From NCBI GenBank assembly GCA_038317055.1, contig JBBQBA010000003.1, positions 11,850 through 75,849 of the forward strand: a stretch of 64,000 nt of DNA, read 5' to 3'. Both the position numbers and the translations under genes were made by a program. This DNA is from Candidatus Saccharimonadales bacterium (GTDB lineage Bacteria > Patescibacteriota > Saccharimonadia > Saccharimonadales > DATKHC01). Below, one piece after another: positions 20,361 to 30,391 of the stretch (position 1 is the stretch's first letter; each line of letters begins with the position of its first letter). The notes beneath the pieces were generated by a model. It was not told where the DNA came from, did not search any database, and saw only the letters and a list, made by a program, of their open reading frames with translations.

Positions 20361-23300
20361 ATGTCATCAAAAAAAATAAAACACCATATAAAAAAAATAA
20401 AAAAGCCGTTGAAACACGTTTCAGTTCGACTTTGTTCGCGTCGAAGTAAAAAGTTTAAGTATGTCATTATTGCGGCAGTAGTATTATTAATGTTTACTGC
20501 TTCAATAGTTGTATATAGTAGTATGTTGAACAGTAGCTATAGTCTAAGTGTTACTACTCAGAATTTAATTGGTCGACCCGATAAAAACTCTTTGAAGAAT
20601 TTTAAGTATGATGCTAAGACACATTCATATTATCTAAATAAATCTTCAATTGGCACTGCAAATTCAACAACACCAAAAACAATTAACCCTAATGCAAACA
20701 GTGTAAAAGTAGGGGCAAACTATAATAATAAACCACCATTTAGTTTACAACTCCCATCCAATTCTCATGTGGGAATTACAACATATGATAATAACTCAGG
20801 ACTATCATTTACACTTATTCCAAAATTCTCTACCTTAAAAGCAAGGCAGGTTTTGGGCCATACCGTCTATCCGGTTGGGCTTGATGGATCGCAAGCTATT
20901 TATACGGTTAAGGCCAATGGTTTACAAGAGGATGTAGTCTTTAAGAAAGCACCGAGTAGTGGCACCGCCAAGTTACAATATCAATTAAAATTACCTGATA
21001 CTCTTCAGGCTAAAATGATGCCGGGTGGTAACCTGGGTGTATATTCAGCTGATCCTGCATTATTTGGTCAAATTACATATACCTCACAATCCGATCAATT
21101 AAAAGTTCAGGAAGCAAAAATAAAATCACCTAAAAATCATCTGGTATTTGTAATACCCGCACCAAAGATAATTACAGATGACGGAACACAAAGTAATAAT
21201 TCAAAAGCTCACACAACTCTTAAGTTTTCAAATAATACTATTACGGTTGCGGCTAGTGGATTAAATTCAATAAAATCCTCATTTTCAATTGACCCAAGTG
21301 TGGTAGTCACTGCTGCTAGTGATTTTCAATTAAATGCAAATAACGACGGTGATATAACATTTGATACTACTAATGGCCAAATTACAGAATCTGGCCTGTC
21401 AGGTGCGACCGTACCTTCTTGGGCAAGCACTTCAGCCCTTCACACCGCCCTATATGAAGCTACCTCCGTTGTATATAATGGCTTTATATATGAAATAGGT
21501 GGTAATAGCAGCGGAACTGCAACTGCCGTCGTTGAATGGGCAACTATTAATTCGAATGGTACGCTTGGTACTTGGAATTTTTCCTCTACGACAGCAAATG
21601 GAAATTTACCAGCCGCAACTTATGCTTCATCTTCAGTAGTATATAACGGTTATGTTTATGAAATTGGTGGAAATGCTAGTAGTCCCACTACCAATGTTTA
21701 TTATGCTTCAATTACTTCTTCGGGGGCTTTATCTAGTAACACTTGTGGTACAAATGTTTCATGGTGTTTAACAACTACTTTACCAGTTGCCAATTCATTT
21801 GCTTCGTACGTTGAATATAACGGCTTTATATATAATATAGGTGGCGTAAATGCAACTGTAGTATATGCATCTGTTAATGCCGACGGAACACTAAGTTCTT
21901 GGACTTCATCAACCACTACTGCAAACGGTAATTTACCATCATCTATTAATATAGCTAGTGCAGCGGTGTACAACGGATATATTTACGATATTGCCGGAAA
22001 TAATGCAGGAAGTAACGGAGTTGTATTATATGCACAGATATCATCATCAGGTGCACTTTCAGGTAACACTTGTGGTACAAATGTTTCTTGGTGTACAACC
22101 AATGGATTACCTGCAGCCGATTTTGATACATCAGCAACTATTTATAATGGAGTAATATACGAAATTGGCGGTAATTCCACTAAGGTTCAATATGCACCCA
22201 TAAATTCAGACGGTACACTCGGGGTATGGGATACCACTACTGTTTTACCAAATGCCTTTAACCTAAACGCAACAGCCGTATCTTATAATGGTTACTTATA
22301 TTTTATTGGTGGTAATAATGGTACTACACAGACTACAACTGTTAGTTATGCGCATATTGGTAATGTTGGACTTTTAGGTAACTGGAATTCCGGGCCAACA
22401 ATTACTGATACATATTCGACCCCTACAGTAGCTTACAATAATCATCTCTATATAGTAGGTAAATATACCGCTGCAACTGGGGGTACAGGAGTAAGTCAGT
22501 GGGCTACTATTGGGGCAGATGGATCAATTGGTTCTTGGACCTCTTCTACATCTGGTGCTACAGGAACACTTCCATATCTTGCACATTATACTGCTAGTGT
22601 TGCATATAATGGCTTTCTTTATATGGTTGGTGGGTTTAGTGGCTCAACTATTTTAGCAAATGTATATTATTCACCAATCAATTCATCAACTGGAGCACTT
22701 GGAACTTGGACATCTACAAATAACTTCGGAGCGGTAACTGCAGCAGTCGATAAATTAACTGCCGTCGCATATAACGGGTACATTTATGAAATTGGAGGTA
22801 ATAGTGGATCAACAACTAATGCTGTATCATATGCATTAATTTGTACTGGTAATAATTCAGGTACGGGAGGATGCTCATCAACTTTAGGTAGTGTAGGAAC
22901 CTGGACAGTTACTGGGAGTTTACCGGGGTCTGGAGTGCTTGAATCTTCCAGCTTTGCCTATAATGGCTATATTTATGAAATAGGTGGAGATACTGGAAGT
23001 GCTTCTGTAAATACTGTTTATTATGCTGCTATTACATCGACTGGTGCCTTAAACTCTAATACAAATGGATGTGGAGCAACTTGGTGTACTAATACAAATA
23101 CAATTCCTGTAGTAACACAAGAAACATCATCATTTGCCTCCAATGGCTATGTTTATCTAGCTGGTGGTGCCAATCACTCTGGAACAGGTACTTCTGTTGT
23201 CGATTATGCTCAGATAAATAATGACGGAAGTATTGGTACATGGACTGCGACTACAAGTTTACCAGCCGCTGATGCATATTCAGCAGTAACTGCCTATAAC

Positions 23301-24935
23301 GGCTTTATTTATAGTGTCGGAGGTACTGCTGGTGGTGATCCTTCAACTAATTACGTTAAAATAAACAATGGTGGTACTGGACAAACTTCAGCTTGGACAG
23401 CATCGACATCTACTTCAAATGGTAGTTTACCTACCGCAACTTATTATGCTCACAGCGTAGCATCCAATGGATATTTATATGAGATAAGTGGTTCAAATAG
23501 TGGTGGTATTTCAGGTGTAGTTTATTACGCTCCATTAAATGATAATGGTTCGGTTGGTACTTGGACTGCCTCAACTAGCTCAACTACCGGTAGTTTACCA
23601 ACAGCCTTATATCTTGGAAGCACCGCAGTATATAATAATTATATTTATTATATAGGTGGATTTACAGGTTCCAGTGTTGTATCAACGGTGTATTATGCTG
23701 CTGTAAATTCGTCCACAGGTGCACTTCAGTCTAGTACAAATGGTTGCGGGACATCTTGGTGTACTACAACGAGCTTACCTAGTGGATCATATCCAACAGG
23801 TGGATATGCTATGTCGTCTACGATCAACAATGGATATTTATATGTGATAAGCGGTAAATCGAGTAGTATTGTTACGGCTGTAAATTATGCCTTGATTTGT
23901 ACGGGCAGTAATTCGGGTACAGGTGGATGCACAAGTACACCTGGTACTATAGGTAATTGGAATACGACATCAAGTTTACCAACTGGGCTCTTAGATGCTA
24001 CTGCCGTAACTTATGGGGGTTATATATACAATTTGGGAGGTACAACGAATGTAACCAATGGTCTCAGCACAGTTAATTATGCATTAATTTGTACAGGTAA
24101 TAATTCAGGCACAGCTGGATGCTCCAGTACGCCAGGTAGTTTGGGAACTTGGAATTCTACTTCTAGCTTAGTTAGTCCAGAGTATTTTGGAGCAGCAAGC
24201 GCATATAATGGTTATATATATTATGTGGGCGGTACAAATAGTACTGCTGGTGGAGTCGGCACAGCAGCTGTGCAATATGCCCCCATAACTTCATCTGGAG
24301 GACTGGGTAATTTTACTTCGACAAGCAGCCTATCAACAAACTTATTTGAGAGTGGTGTGGCAATCTATAATGGTTATATATATAGCGTTGGCGGATATTC
24401 CAGTGGAACTTTAGCTACTACAAGTTATGCCGGTCTACAGTCCATACCTAGAATTGGTAATTATTCAACTTTAATAGATTTTACCGGATTGTACGGCGAT
24501 GACCCAATGCCAATAGAAATGATCACAAACGGCGGTGATTGTGTTTCTGGGACTTGTACCACGAATTTCGAAAATCCGGGTAATATAGGTAATGGGGGTC
24601 CCGGAGGTATATTCATTAAATATAAGTTTGCAAGTAACAGTTGTACTAACTTTAATTCAAATTCCGTATTACCTGCGAGCACTAATCTATTAGGTAATCC
24701 TAAATCTTTTATCTACACAACTGACGGCTGTTCAACAACTACAAATTTAGGCAGATATGCCCAAATTAATTACATATTGGATGACAGTGAGACTTCTACT
24801 TTCCCCGACAATCTAAGTAACCACACCTCAATTAGTAGTTTTACGCTTTACTATCATCCAGATAGCGCAAGCAGACTTAGGGGTGGGGCAACGTTTAGTA
24901 ACGGTAGTCAACAATCTCTTGACGCAGCTCCATAG
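20361..24935 (+). CDS. giant membrane-anchored surface protein (1524 aa) with 18 Kelch-like repeat units
   Basis: A lysine-rich N-terminus is followed by one TM helix (YVIIAAVVLLMFTASIVVYSSML). There are 18 units of the form Y(A)xI(N/T)SxGxLGxW...LPxxxxxxxxVxYNGYIYEIGG. The N-terminal (about 300 aa) and C-terminal (about 190 aa) domains are unassigned. Confidence 0.85.
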   Translation: MSSKKIKHHIKKIKKPLKHVSVRLCSRRSKKFKYVIIAAVVLLMFTASIVVYSSMLNSSYSLSVTTQNLIGRPDKNSLKNFKYDAKTHSYYLNKSSIGTANSTTPKTINPNANSVKVGANYNNKPPFSLQLPSNSHVGITTYDNNSGLSFTLIPKFSTLKARQVLGHTVYPVGLDGSQAIYTVKANGLQEDVVFKKAPSSGTAKLQYQLKLPDTLQAKMMPGGNLGVYSADPALFGQITYTSQSDQLKVQEAKIKSPKNHLVFVIPAPKIITDDGTQSNNSKAHTTLKFSNNTITVAASGLNSIKSSFSIDPSVVVTAASDFQLNANNDGDITFDTTNGQITESGLSGATVPSWASTSALHTALYEATSVVYNGFIYEIGGNSSGTATAVVEWATINSNGTLGTWNFSSTTANGNLPAATYASSSVVYNGYVYEIGGNASSPTTNVYYASITSSGALSSNTCGTNVSWCLTTTLPVANSFASYVEYNGFIYNIGGVNATVVYASVNADGTLSSWTSSTTTANGNLPSSINIASAAVYNGYIYDIAGNNAGSNGVVLYAQISSSGALSGNTCGTNVSWCTTNGLPAADFDTSATIYNGVIYEIGGNSTKVQYAPINSDGTLGVWDTTTVLPNAFNLNATAVSYNGYLYFIGGNNGTTQTTTVSYAHIGNVGLLGNWNSGPTITDTYSTPTVAYNNHLYIVGKYTAATGGTGVSQWATIGADGSIGSWTSSTSGATGTLPYLAHYTASVAYNGFLYMVGGFSGSTILANVYYSPINSSTGALGTWTSTNNFGAVTAAVDKLTAVAYNGYIYEIGGNSGSTTNAVSYALICTGNNSGTGGCSSTLGSVGTWTVTGSLPGSGVLESSSFAYNGYIYEIGGDTGSASVNTVYYAAITSTGALNSNTNGCGATWCTNTNTIPVVTQETSSFASNGYVYLAGGANHSGTGTSVVDYAQINNDGSIGTWTATTSLPAADAYSAVTAYNGFIYSVGGTAGGDPSTNYVKINNGGTGQTSAWTASTSTSNGSLPTATYYAHSVASNGYLYEISGSNSGGISGVVYYAPLNDNGSVGTWTASTSSTTGSLPTALYLGSTAVYNNYIYYIGGFTGSSVVSTVYYAAVNSSTGALQSSTNGCGTSWCTTTSLPSGSYPTGGYAMSSTINNGYLYVISGKSSSIVTAVNYALICTGSNSGTGGCTSTPGTIGNWNTTSSLPTGLLDATAVTYGGYIYNLGGTTNVTNGLSTVNYALICTGNNSGTAGCSSTPGSLGTWNSTSSLVSPEYFGAASAYNGYIYYVGGTNSTAGGVGTAAVQYAPITSSGGLGNFTSTSSLSTNLFESGVAIYNGYIYSVGGYSSGTLATTSYAGLQSIPRIGNYSTLIDFTGLYGDDPMPIEMITNGGDCVSGTCTTNFENPGNIGNGGPGGIFIKYKFASNSCTNFNSNSVLPASTNLLGNPKSFIYTTDGCSTTTNLGRYAQINYILDDSETSTFPDNLSNHTSISSFTLYYHPDSASRLRGGATFSNGSQQSLDAAP
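21430..24430 (+). repeat. Kelch-like repeat array (18 units, about 50-60 aa period; 3 x 6 blades is inference)
   Basis: I counted the YNG(Y/F)(I/V/L)Y(E/x)IGG cores directly in the translation, from YNGFIYEIGG through to YNGYIYSVGG. Confidence 0.75.
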
Positions 24936-25009
24936 GTATTTTCTAAGAAAATCTATGACTATTTGATAGGTGGTAAATGGTATAATTTGACTAATGTATA
25001 GGGATAAAA

Positions 25010-25777
25010 ATGACTAAGACTATTGCTGTTATTAATCAAAAAGGTGGAGTTGGCAAAACTACTACCGCTGTTAATATAGCCGCTCAACTTGCTAAACGAA
25101 AACAAAAAGTATTACTCCTTGATCTAGATCCACAGGGTAACGCCAGTAGTGGACTAGGATTAGATAAAAATAACCTAAGTGGTAGTACTTACGATGTACT
25201 TATGAAAAAAGTTTCACTAAGCGATGCCATTCAGCCAACCAGTGTCGACGGTCTATTTCTTCTACCTACTAATGCTAATTTAGCTGCAAGTGAAGTCGAG
25301 CTAGTTGACACCCCAAACAGGGAAAAAATGTTAGATTCTGTTTTAAAATTGGCTACCCATGATTTTATAATTATAGATTGTCCGCCTGCTTTAGGTTTAC
25401 TTACGATTAATGCTCTAACAGCTGCTGATTCAATTATTATTCCAGTTCAAACTGAGTATTATGCACTCGAGGGGCTTGGGCAGTTACTTGATATAACTCA
25501 AAGAGTAAGAGAAGGATTAAACCCTAAACTTAAACTGTTAGGTGTTGTTCTGACAATGTATGACAAACGGACAAGTCTCTCGGGACAGGTAGCAGACGAA
25601 GTACATAAGCATTTTGGTGATAAGGTCTTCAAAACAACTATACCTAGAAATGTTAAACTTGCAGAAGCACCCAGTTACGGACAAACAATTTTTGAATACG
25701 ATAAATGGAGTAAGGGTGCGAAAGCCTATAAATTATTTACGAATGAGATTTTGGCCAGAGAAGGGATACGTTTATGA
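25010..25777 (+). CDS. parA: chromosome partitioning ATPase ParA/Soj
   Basis: Deviant Walker A NQKGGVGKTTT, with DCPPALG and TMYDKRT motifs. Its TGA stop overlaps the parB ATG (ATGA). Confidence 0.93.
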   Translation: MTKTIAVINQKGGVGKTTTAVNIAAQLAKRKQKVLLLDLDPQGNASSGLGLDKNNLSGSTYDVLMKKVSLSDAIQPTSVDGLFLLPTNANLAASEVELVDTPNREKMLDSVLKLATHDFIIIDCPPALGLLTINALTAADSIIIPVQTEYYALEGLGQLLDITQRVREGLNPKLKLLGVVLTMYDKRTSLSGQVADEVHKHFGDKVFKTTIPRNVKLAEAPSYGQTIFEYDKWSKGAKAYKLFTNEILAREGIRL

Positions 25778-26640
25778 GTGCAAAAAATAATTCACTTGGT
25801 AGGGGCATAGATTCTCTGTTACCTAAAAATTTTGATCAGAGTTTCTTGCTCGAAGAAAGCGAACGAATCCAAAAAGTTGACATAACAAAAGTTAAACCGA
25901 ATAAAGATCAACCTAGAAAACATTTTGACGAGGAGGCTATCAAACAACTTGCAGAATCAATTAAAAACTACGGAATACTACAACCACTAATAGTCAGCCC
26001 AGGAGATAATGATACTTTTATAATTATTGCAGGTGAAAGAAGATTTAGAGCATCCCAAAAAGCCAGATTAAAAACACTTCCAGTTATAGTAAGATCCTCT
26101 AAAGAACTAGAACAACTTGAAATTGCATTAGTTGAAAATGTTCAGAGAGTAGATTTATCTCCACTTGAACAAGCGGCATCGATCGAACGACTACATGATC
26201 AATTTAATATGAGTTATATAAATATAGCAAAACGCCTAGGTAAGGCAGACACCACGGTTGTGAATATTGTACGACTCTTACAATTACCCAATAACGCCAA
26301 AGAAGCTCTAACTATTAACAAAATAAGTGAGGGTCATGCAAGAACAATACTTGCACTTAAAGATTTACCCGAAAAACAGGATGAACTACTAGCAAGTATT
26401 ATTAAAAATAAATGGTCAGTAAGACAAGCAGAACAATTTGTTGTTGGAGCTAAAAAAGAGAAGAAAACTGACAAAGAATTAGATAAGCATATGATTAGAG
26501 AGACAACTGAGACAAAACTACTTAGTTTTAAATTATCTACACCCGTAAGTATACGTAGAACCGCAAAAGGTGGAAAGCTTGAAATCAGCTTTAGTTCGGA
26601 TAAAGACTTGGCCGAAATAATAGATAAATTAGTTAAATAA
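25774..26640 (+). CDS. parB: chromosome partitioning protein ParB/Spo0J
   Basis: SLGRGIDSLLP N-terminus, the GERRFRAS arginine patch and an HTH region, all following parA. Confidence 0.92.
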   Translation: MSAKNNSLGRGIDSLLPKNFDQSFLLEESERIQKVDITKVKPNKDQPRKHFDEEAIKQLAESIKNYGILQPLIVSPGDNDTFIIIAGERRFRASQKARLKTLPVIVRSSKELEQLEIALVENVQRVDLSPLEQAASIERLHDQFNMSYINIAKRLGKADTTVVNIVRLLQLPNNAKEALTINKISEGHARTILALKDLPEKQDELLASIIKNKWSVRQAEQFVVGAKKEKKTDKELDKHMIRETTETKLLSFKLSTPVSIRRTAKGGKLEISFSSDKDLAEIIDKLVK

Positions 26641-26650
26641 TTAGCGTTAA

Positions 26651-27280
26651 CTAATAGACATTAACAGAGTTGAATGGATATATTCTTGCTTGAAGTTTAC
26701 CTATTATGTTTTTGGCATTTACAGGTCCAAAATATCGAGAGTCCAAAGAATCTGGACGGTTATCACCCATCACAAATACAAAGCCGGGCTTTATAGTAGT
26801 ATCAATGTCTCCGGTTGTGTAAGTAATTACTTTTCCATAAGCCATGGTTTTATCAGGTTCAAAACCCTTAGGATTAGCTTTGTTATAGATCGTCACAACA
26901 TTATTCTTAATTACTACACGGTCGCCCGGTAGGCCAATAACTCTTTTAATTAGTTGTTTTTCTTGAACTCCTTCAGCATTGTATAATCCACCTTGGTTAA
27001 ATACAATTACTGTTCCTCGGGTAGGGATGTATGGATGACCGGTCAAATCAGACCAAGTTTTAGGTACTTTAATAACTATAAGCCGGTCCTGATTATGAAG
27101 AGTAGTCTGCATGCTAGGACCATCTACTTGATATTGTTGAAAAACAAAACTTGTAAGAAATAAAGCAACAAGTAAAGCTGCTACAAACAGAAGTCCAGTC
27201 GTAAAAATACCCTTGAAACCATCACCATTTGATTTATCGATAGTCGTACTATTTTGCAGATTCGGCTCTAAGTCATTCAT
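26651..27280 (-). CDS. lepB: signal peptidase I
   Basis: N-terminal TM helix, catalytic Ser in DGPSMQTTL, plus RVIGLPGD and GDNRPDSLDSRYFG boxes. Confidence 0.9.
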   Translation of the reverse strand: MNDLEPNLQNSTTIDKSNGDGFKGIFTTGLLFVAALLVALFLTSFVFQQYQVDGPSMQTTLHNQDRLIVIKVPKTWSDLTGHPYIPTRGTVIVFNQGGLYNAEGVQEKQLIKRVIGLPGDRVVIKNNVVTIYNKANPKGFEPDKTMAYGKVITYTTGDIDTTIKPGFVFVMGDNRPDSLDSRYFGPVNAKNIIGKLQARIYPFNSVNVY

Positions 27281-27450
27281 CTGTTAATTCCACGTTAATT
27301 AATTCTAATTTTTGTCGCATATACAGATTCACACTATATCTTATATACCCTTATTTAACAATCTTAAAAGGTAGGGAATTAAGGAGATATGCAGCTTATA
27401 GTATTATACGGCTAGTACTATAGTATCTATATAGTATATTGATTTAATTT

Positions 27451-27459
27451 TGCTATAAT
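27451..27459 (+). promoter_or_regulatory. extended -10 element TGCTATAAT, 8 nt upstream of ATG 27468
   Basis: This is an exact TGnTATAAT. There is no Shine-Dalgarno between it and the ATG. Confidence 0.45.
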
Positions 27460-27467
27460 TTACGGAC

Positions 27468-28217
27468 ATGCCATCTATAACAAATAAACTGAGACCAAAA
27501 AGTGGTTTTTCATATATTTTTCACTTAGGGCTTAATACATTACTACCATTGTTAGTTTTCGTATTCGTTAAGACTGGATTTTCAGAGATAGCTTTAGTCT
27601 TAATACTTGTAAGTAAGTGGAGAATGTTTGCGGTCCGACCAAGGTATTGGTTAGCAAATATCAGATCAAATGGTGTAGACATTATGGTAGGGGTATCAAT
27701 CTTAATATTCCTTACCCATACTGGCTCAGCTTATTGGCAGTTACTATGGGTAGCGATGTATATACTATGGCTAACTGTAATTAAGCCGGGAACCTCGACA
27801 CTTTCAGTATCACTTCAAGCGTTAATAGGACAATTTCTTGGACTTGTAGCTTTATTTATCTGGTTAAGCGGATCACCCTTGTATCAGTTAATTATAGTTA
27901 GCTGGGTTGTTTGTTATCTCGCTGCCAGACACTTCTTTACCGTTTTCGAAGAACCATTTACATCATTGTATTCACATACATGGGGTTATTTTGCTGCCTG
28001 TTTAACATGGGTGTTAGGGCATTGGCTACTTTTTTATGGTGTGTTTGCACAGCCAGCTATCCTTTTAACAGCTATAGGTTTAGGACTAGCTAGTCTGTAT
28101 TATCTAAAGCAAAATGATAGATTGAATGTAGTTCTTCGTCGGCAAATTATATCTGTCCTAGTAGCAATTATTGTGGTAGTTCTGGTCTTTTCCGATTGGA
28201 GTAGTAAAATAATTTAA
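27468..28217 (+). CDS. hypothetical polytopic membrane protein (about 7-8 TM helices)
   Basis: The 249-aa protein has successive hydrophobic segments. I recognise no family motif. Confidence 0.6.
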   Translation: MPSITNKLRPKSGFSYIFHLGLNTLLPLLVFVFVKTGFSEIALVLILVSKWRMFAVRPRYWLANIRSNGVDIMVGVSILIFLTHTGSAYWQLLWVAMYILWLTVIKPGTSTLSVSLQALIGQFLGLVALFIWLSGSPLYQLIIVSWVVCYLAARHFFTVFEEPFTSLYSHTWGYFAACLTWVLGHWLLFYGVFAQPAILLTAIGLGLASLYYLKQNDRLNVVLRRQIISVLVAIIVVVLVFSDWSSKII

Positions 28218-28269
28218 GAAAGTATTTTATTCAGCCAGTATTCAGAATAAAAAGATAAAAATAGAGCAA

Positions 28270-29574
28270 ATGGAAAACAATTTAGCGAACGGTAATGGGG
28301 TAGAGAAGCATGACAAGCTTCCAAGGGTAGTAGACGAAGGCTCTAAGAGTTCATTCGAGGCTTTGCCTAAGCCAGCTAAAAGCACCAGAAAAGCTAATAA
28401 AAGTGCTAATTACCCAGATTTTTCAAAAATACCTTCTTCAACTAAAATAAAAAAACTAATTGTGATTTTAATACTAATTGTAATTGTCGGATTTGGCGCA
28501 GGCTGGTTAGGATCAGTTATACAAAATAAATCCTCAGATGAAAAAATTGGTACAGCAAAAGAAATTGTTACAAGTCAATCTCAGGTAGTAACTGCAATCG
28601 CAAAAGATGTAGGACCAAGTGTAGTCTCAATAGATGCCACTTCTTCAAACCAGACACAAGATATATTCGGGAATACTTCAAGTACTCCACAAGAAGACCA
28701 GGGTACTGGAATTATCTTGTCTAGTAGCGGATACATTATTACAAACCGTCACGTAATTAGTGGAGCTACTAATGTTAATGTGACTCTTTCTGATGGTACT
28801 ACAATAAAAAATGTAAAGGTTATTGGTTCAACCGCTAGCTCTGATCCTCTGGATATAGCTTTTCTTAAAATTAATAATCCACCAGAAAATTTGCAACCAG
28901 CTATTTTAGGAAATTCAAGCAAGGTTCAGGTTGGAGACAATGTAGTAGCTATCGGAAATGCACTAGGTCAATTTCAAAACTCTGTAACTAGCGGAATTAT
29001 ATCTGGACATGGGCGAACAATTCAGGCAGGTGATAGCAGCTCAACAACTAATGAAGATCTACAAGATTTATTCCAGACAGATGCTGCCATAAATCCCGGT
29101 AACTCAGGCGGACCACTAATAAATATAAATGGAGAAGTAATAGGTATTAATACTGCCCTAGCCAGTAACGGAGCTCAGAATATTGGTTTCTCGATTCCAA
29201 TAAATGACGTAGAAGGTTTGATTAAAAGCGTACTATCAACAGGGTCAATTTCGCGACCATATCTTGGCGTGTACTATGAAACTATTACGCCTAGTCTGGT
29301 AAAACAACATAACTTAAGTGTTAATAGTGGAGCATATATTCCCCAGAATCAGAATGGTCAAAACTCAGTTATATCTGGTAGTCCAGCAGACAAAGCCGGA
29401 CTTAAACCGGGTGACATTATCTTATCCGTTAACGGTGTGAGTGTTAACGCTAATAATTCACTCTCTTCGCTAATAGATCAAAACAAAGTAGGAACCGATC
29501 TAACTCTTACAATTCTCAGTGGTGGATCACAAAAAGATATCCAGATAACCGTTGGTGCTGAGCCTACTAAATAG
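28270..29574 (+). CDS. htrA: HtrA/DegP-family serine protease (S1C) with a TM anchor and a C-terminal PDZ domain
   Basis: The catalytic triad context is ITNRHV, DIAFLKI and NPGNSGGPLIN. The PDZ-like segment is GSPADKAGLKPGDIILSVNG. Confidence 0.9.
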   Translation: MENNLANGNGVEKHDKLPRVVDEGSKSSFEALPKPAKSTRKANKSANYPDFSKIPSSTKIKKLIVILILIVIVGFGAGWLGSVIQNKSSDEKIGTAKEIVTSQSQVVTAIAKDVGPSVVSIDATSSNQTQDIFGNTSSTPQEDQGTGIILSSSGYIITNRHVISGATNVNVTLSDGTTIKNVKVIGSTASSDPLDIAFLKINNPPENLQPAILGNSSKVQVGDNVVAIGNALGQFQNSVTSGIISGHGRTIQAGDSSSTTNEDLQDLFQTDAAINPGNSGGPLININGEVIGINTALASNGAQNIGFSIPINDVEGLIKSVLSTGSISRPYLGVYYETITPSLVKQHNLSVNSGAYIPQNQNGQNSVISGSPADKAGLKPGDIILSVNGVSVNANNSLSSLIDQNKVGTDLTLTILSGGSQKDIQITVGAEPTK

Positions 29575-30391
29575 TTCGCTTATAAACTTGAACTAAATCT
29601 AAAGAATCAATTTGTTTATAGTCAATTAGACTAGCTAATTTATTCATTTTAGAGTGTTGAGTATATAGAGATTCGGTCAGAATATATTTTGGTTTGATTG
29701 TCCGATTTCCAGTTTGATGCCAAAATTTTCTATATATTTCCATTCCATCAATTCCTGCAAAAAGTGCAATACTCGGCTCGAAGCTTAGATTAATAGATCT
29801 ATTCATATCTATAGGTACATAAGGTAAATTGGTTACATAAATATCGTAACTATTATCTATATCTGTAAGCAGATCAGATTTTTCACACTTTAGATTGAGT
29901 TTGAAATTTTTTATATTACTATTGGCTGTAACTATCGCATCATTGGATACATCATATAAATCTACTTTAAGTTTTGGTAATTCTAAGGCTAGGGTTATTC
30001 CCAAACAACCACTACCAGATCCAATATCTGCTACTTTAGCTTTTCTTATTTCCAGCTTTTTAACTAAAGTTATAAAAGCTTCGCTCTCAGGCCTCGGAAT
30101 AAGCACATGCTTATCGACTTTAAAGTTGCGGCCATAAAACTCTGTGTGGCCTCGTATGTAAGCGACAGGCTCATGATTAAGTCGACGTCCAAGTAGGAAA
30201 TCAAGTTTAGAAATTTGTTTTGAGGATAGTTTTATATCAGTATCTGAAACTAATTGAATTCTTGGAATTTCTAAAACTTCCTCCAAAAGTAATAAACAAT
30301 CCAGTCTGGCCGTATCAATATCTTTGGCTTTTAGTTTATCTGACGCAGTCTTAAGCCACTTACTGTTCGTTGTTAATGAGTTGGTATTCAT
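29567..30391 (-). CDS. prmC: release-factor glutamine N5-methyltransferase PrmC/HemK (variant NLPY motif)
   Basis: SAM motif [12 protein letters not shown]; the catalytic motif reads TNLPYVP instead of NPPY. The gene lies immediately downstream of prfA and overlaps it by 32 nt. Confidence 0.85.
   Translation of the reverse strand: MNTNSLTTNSKWLKTASDKLKAKDIDTARLDCLLLLEEVLEIPRIQLVSDTDIKLSSKQISKLDFLLGRRLNHEPVAYIRGHTEFYGRNFKVDKHVLIPRPESEAFITLVKKLEIRKAKVADIGSGSGCLGITLALELPKLKVDLYDVSNDAIVTANSNIKNFKLNLKCEKSDLLTDIDNSYDIYVTNLPYVPIDMNRSINLSFEPSIALFAGIDGMEIYRKFWHQTGNRTIKPKYILTESLYTQHSKMNKLASLIDYKQIDSLDLVQVYKRTI

Noticed and set aside
20410-20423. The inverted repeat TGAAAC-AC-GTTTCA resembles a rearranged parS.
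   Set aside because: The half-sites are in the opposite order to the parS consensus (TGTTTCAC-GTGAAACA). It also lies inside the Kelch gene coding region. I found no true parS match in or near parB.
16571-22155. Same-strand alternative-frame ORFs lie inside the giant genes (16571..16813+, 18566..18970+, 21958..22155+).
   Set aside because: They arise because the repeated blade-coding DNA happens to lack stops in a second frame. Their translations are Y/I/L/Q-rich nonsense without motifs, whereas the main frame carries the repeat logic.
11113-24935. The giant-gene pair as a horizontally acquired island or mobile element.
   Set aside because: There is no integrase, transposase, flanking tRNA or direct repeats. 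By eye, base composition and promoter style match the rest of the window.
25774-25777. Alternative genetic code (UGA reassigned), as in some candidate phyla.
   Set aside because: parA ends at a TGA that overlaps the parB ATG, at the expected protein length. An intact RF2 is encoded, and no in-frame TGA interrupts any recognised gene.
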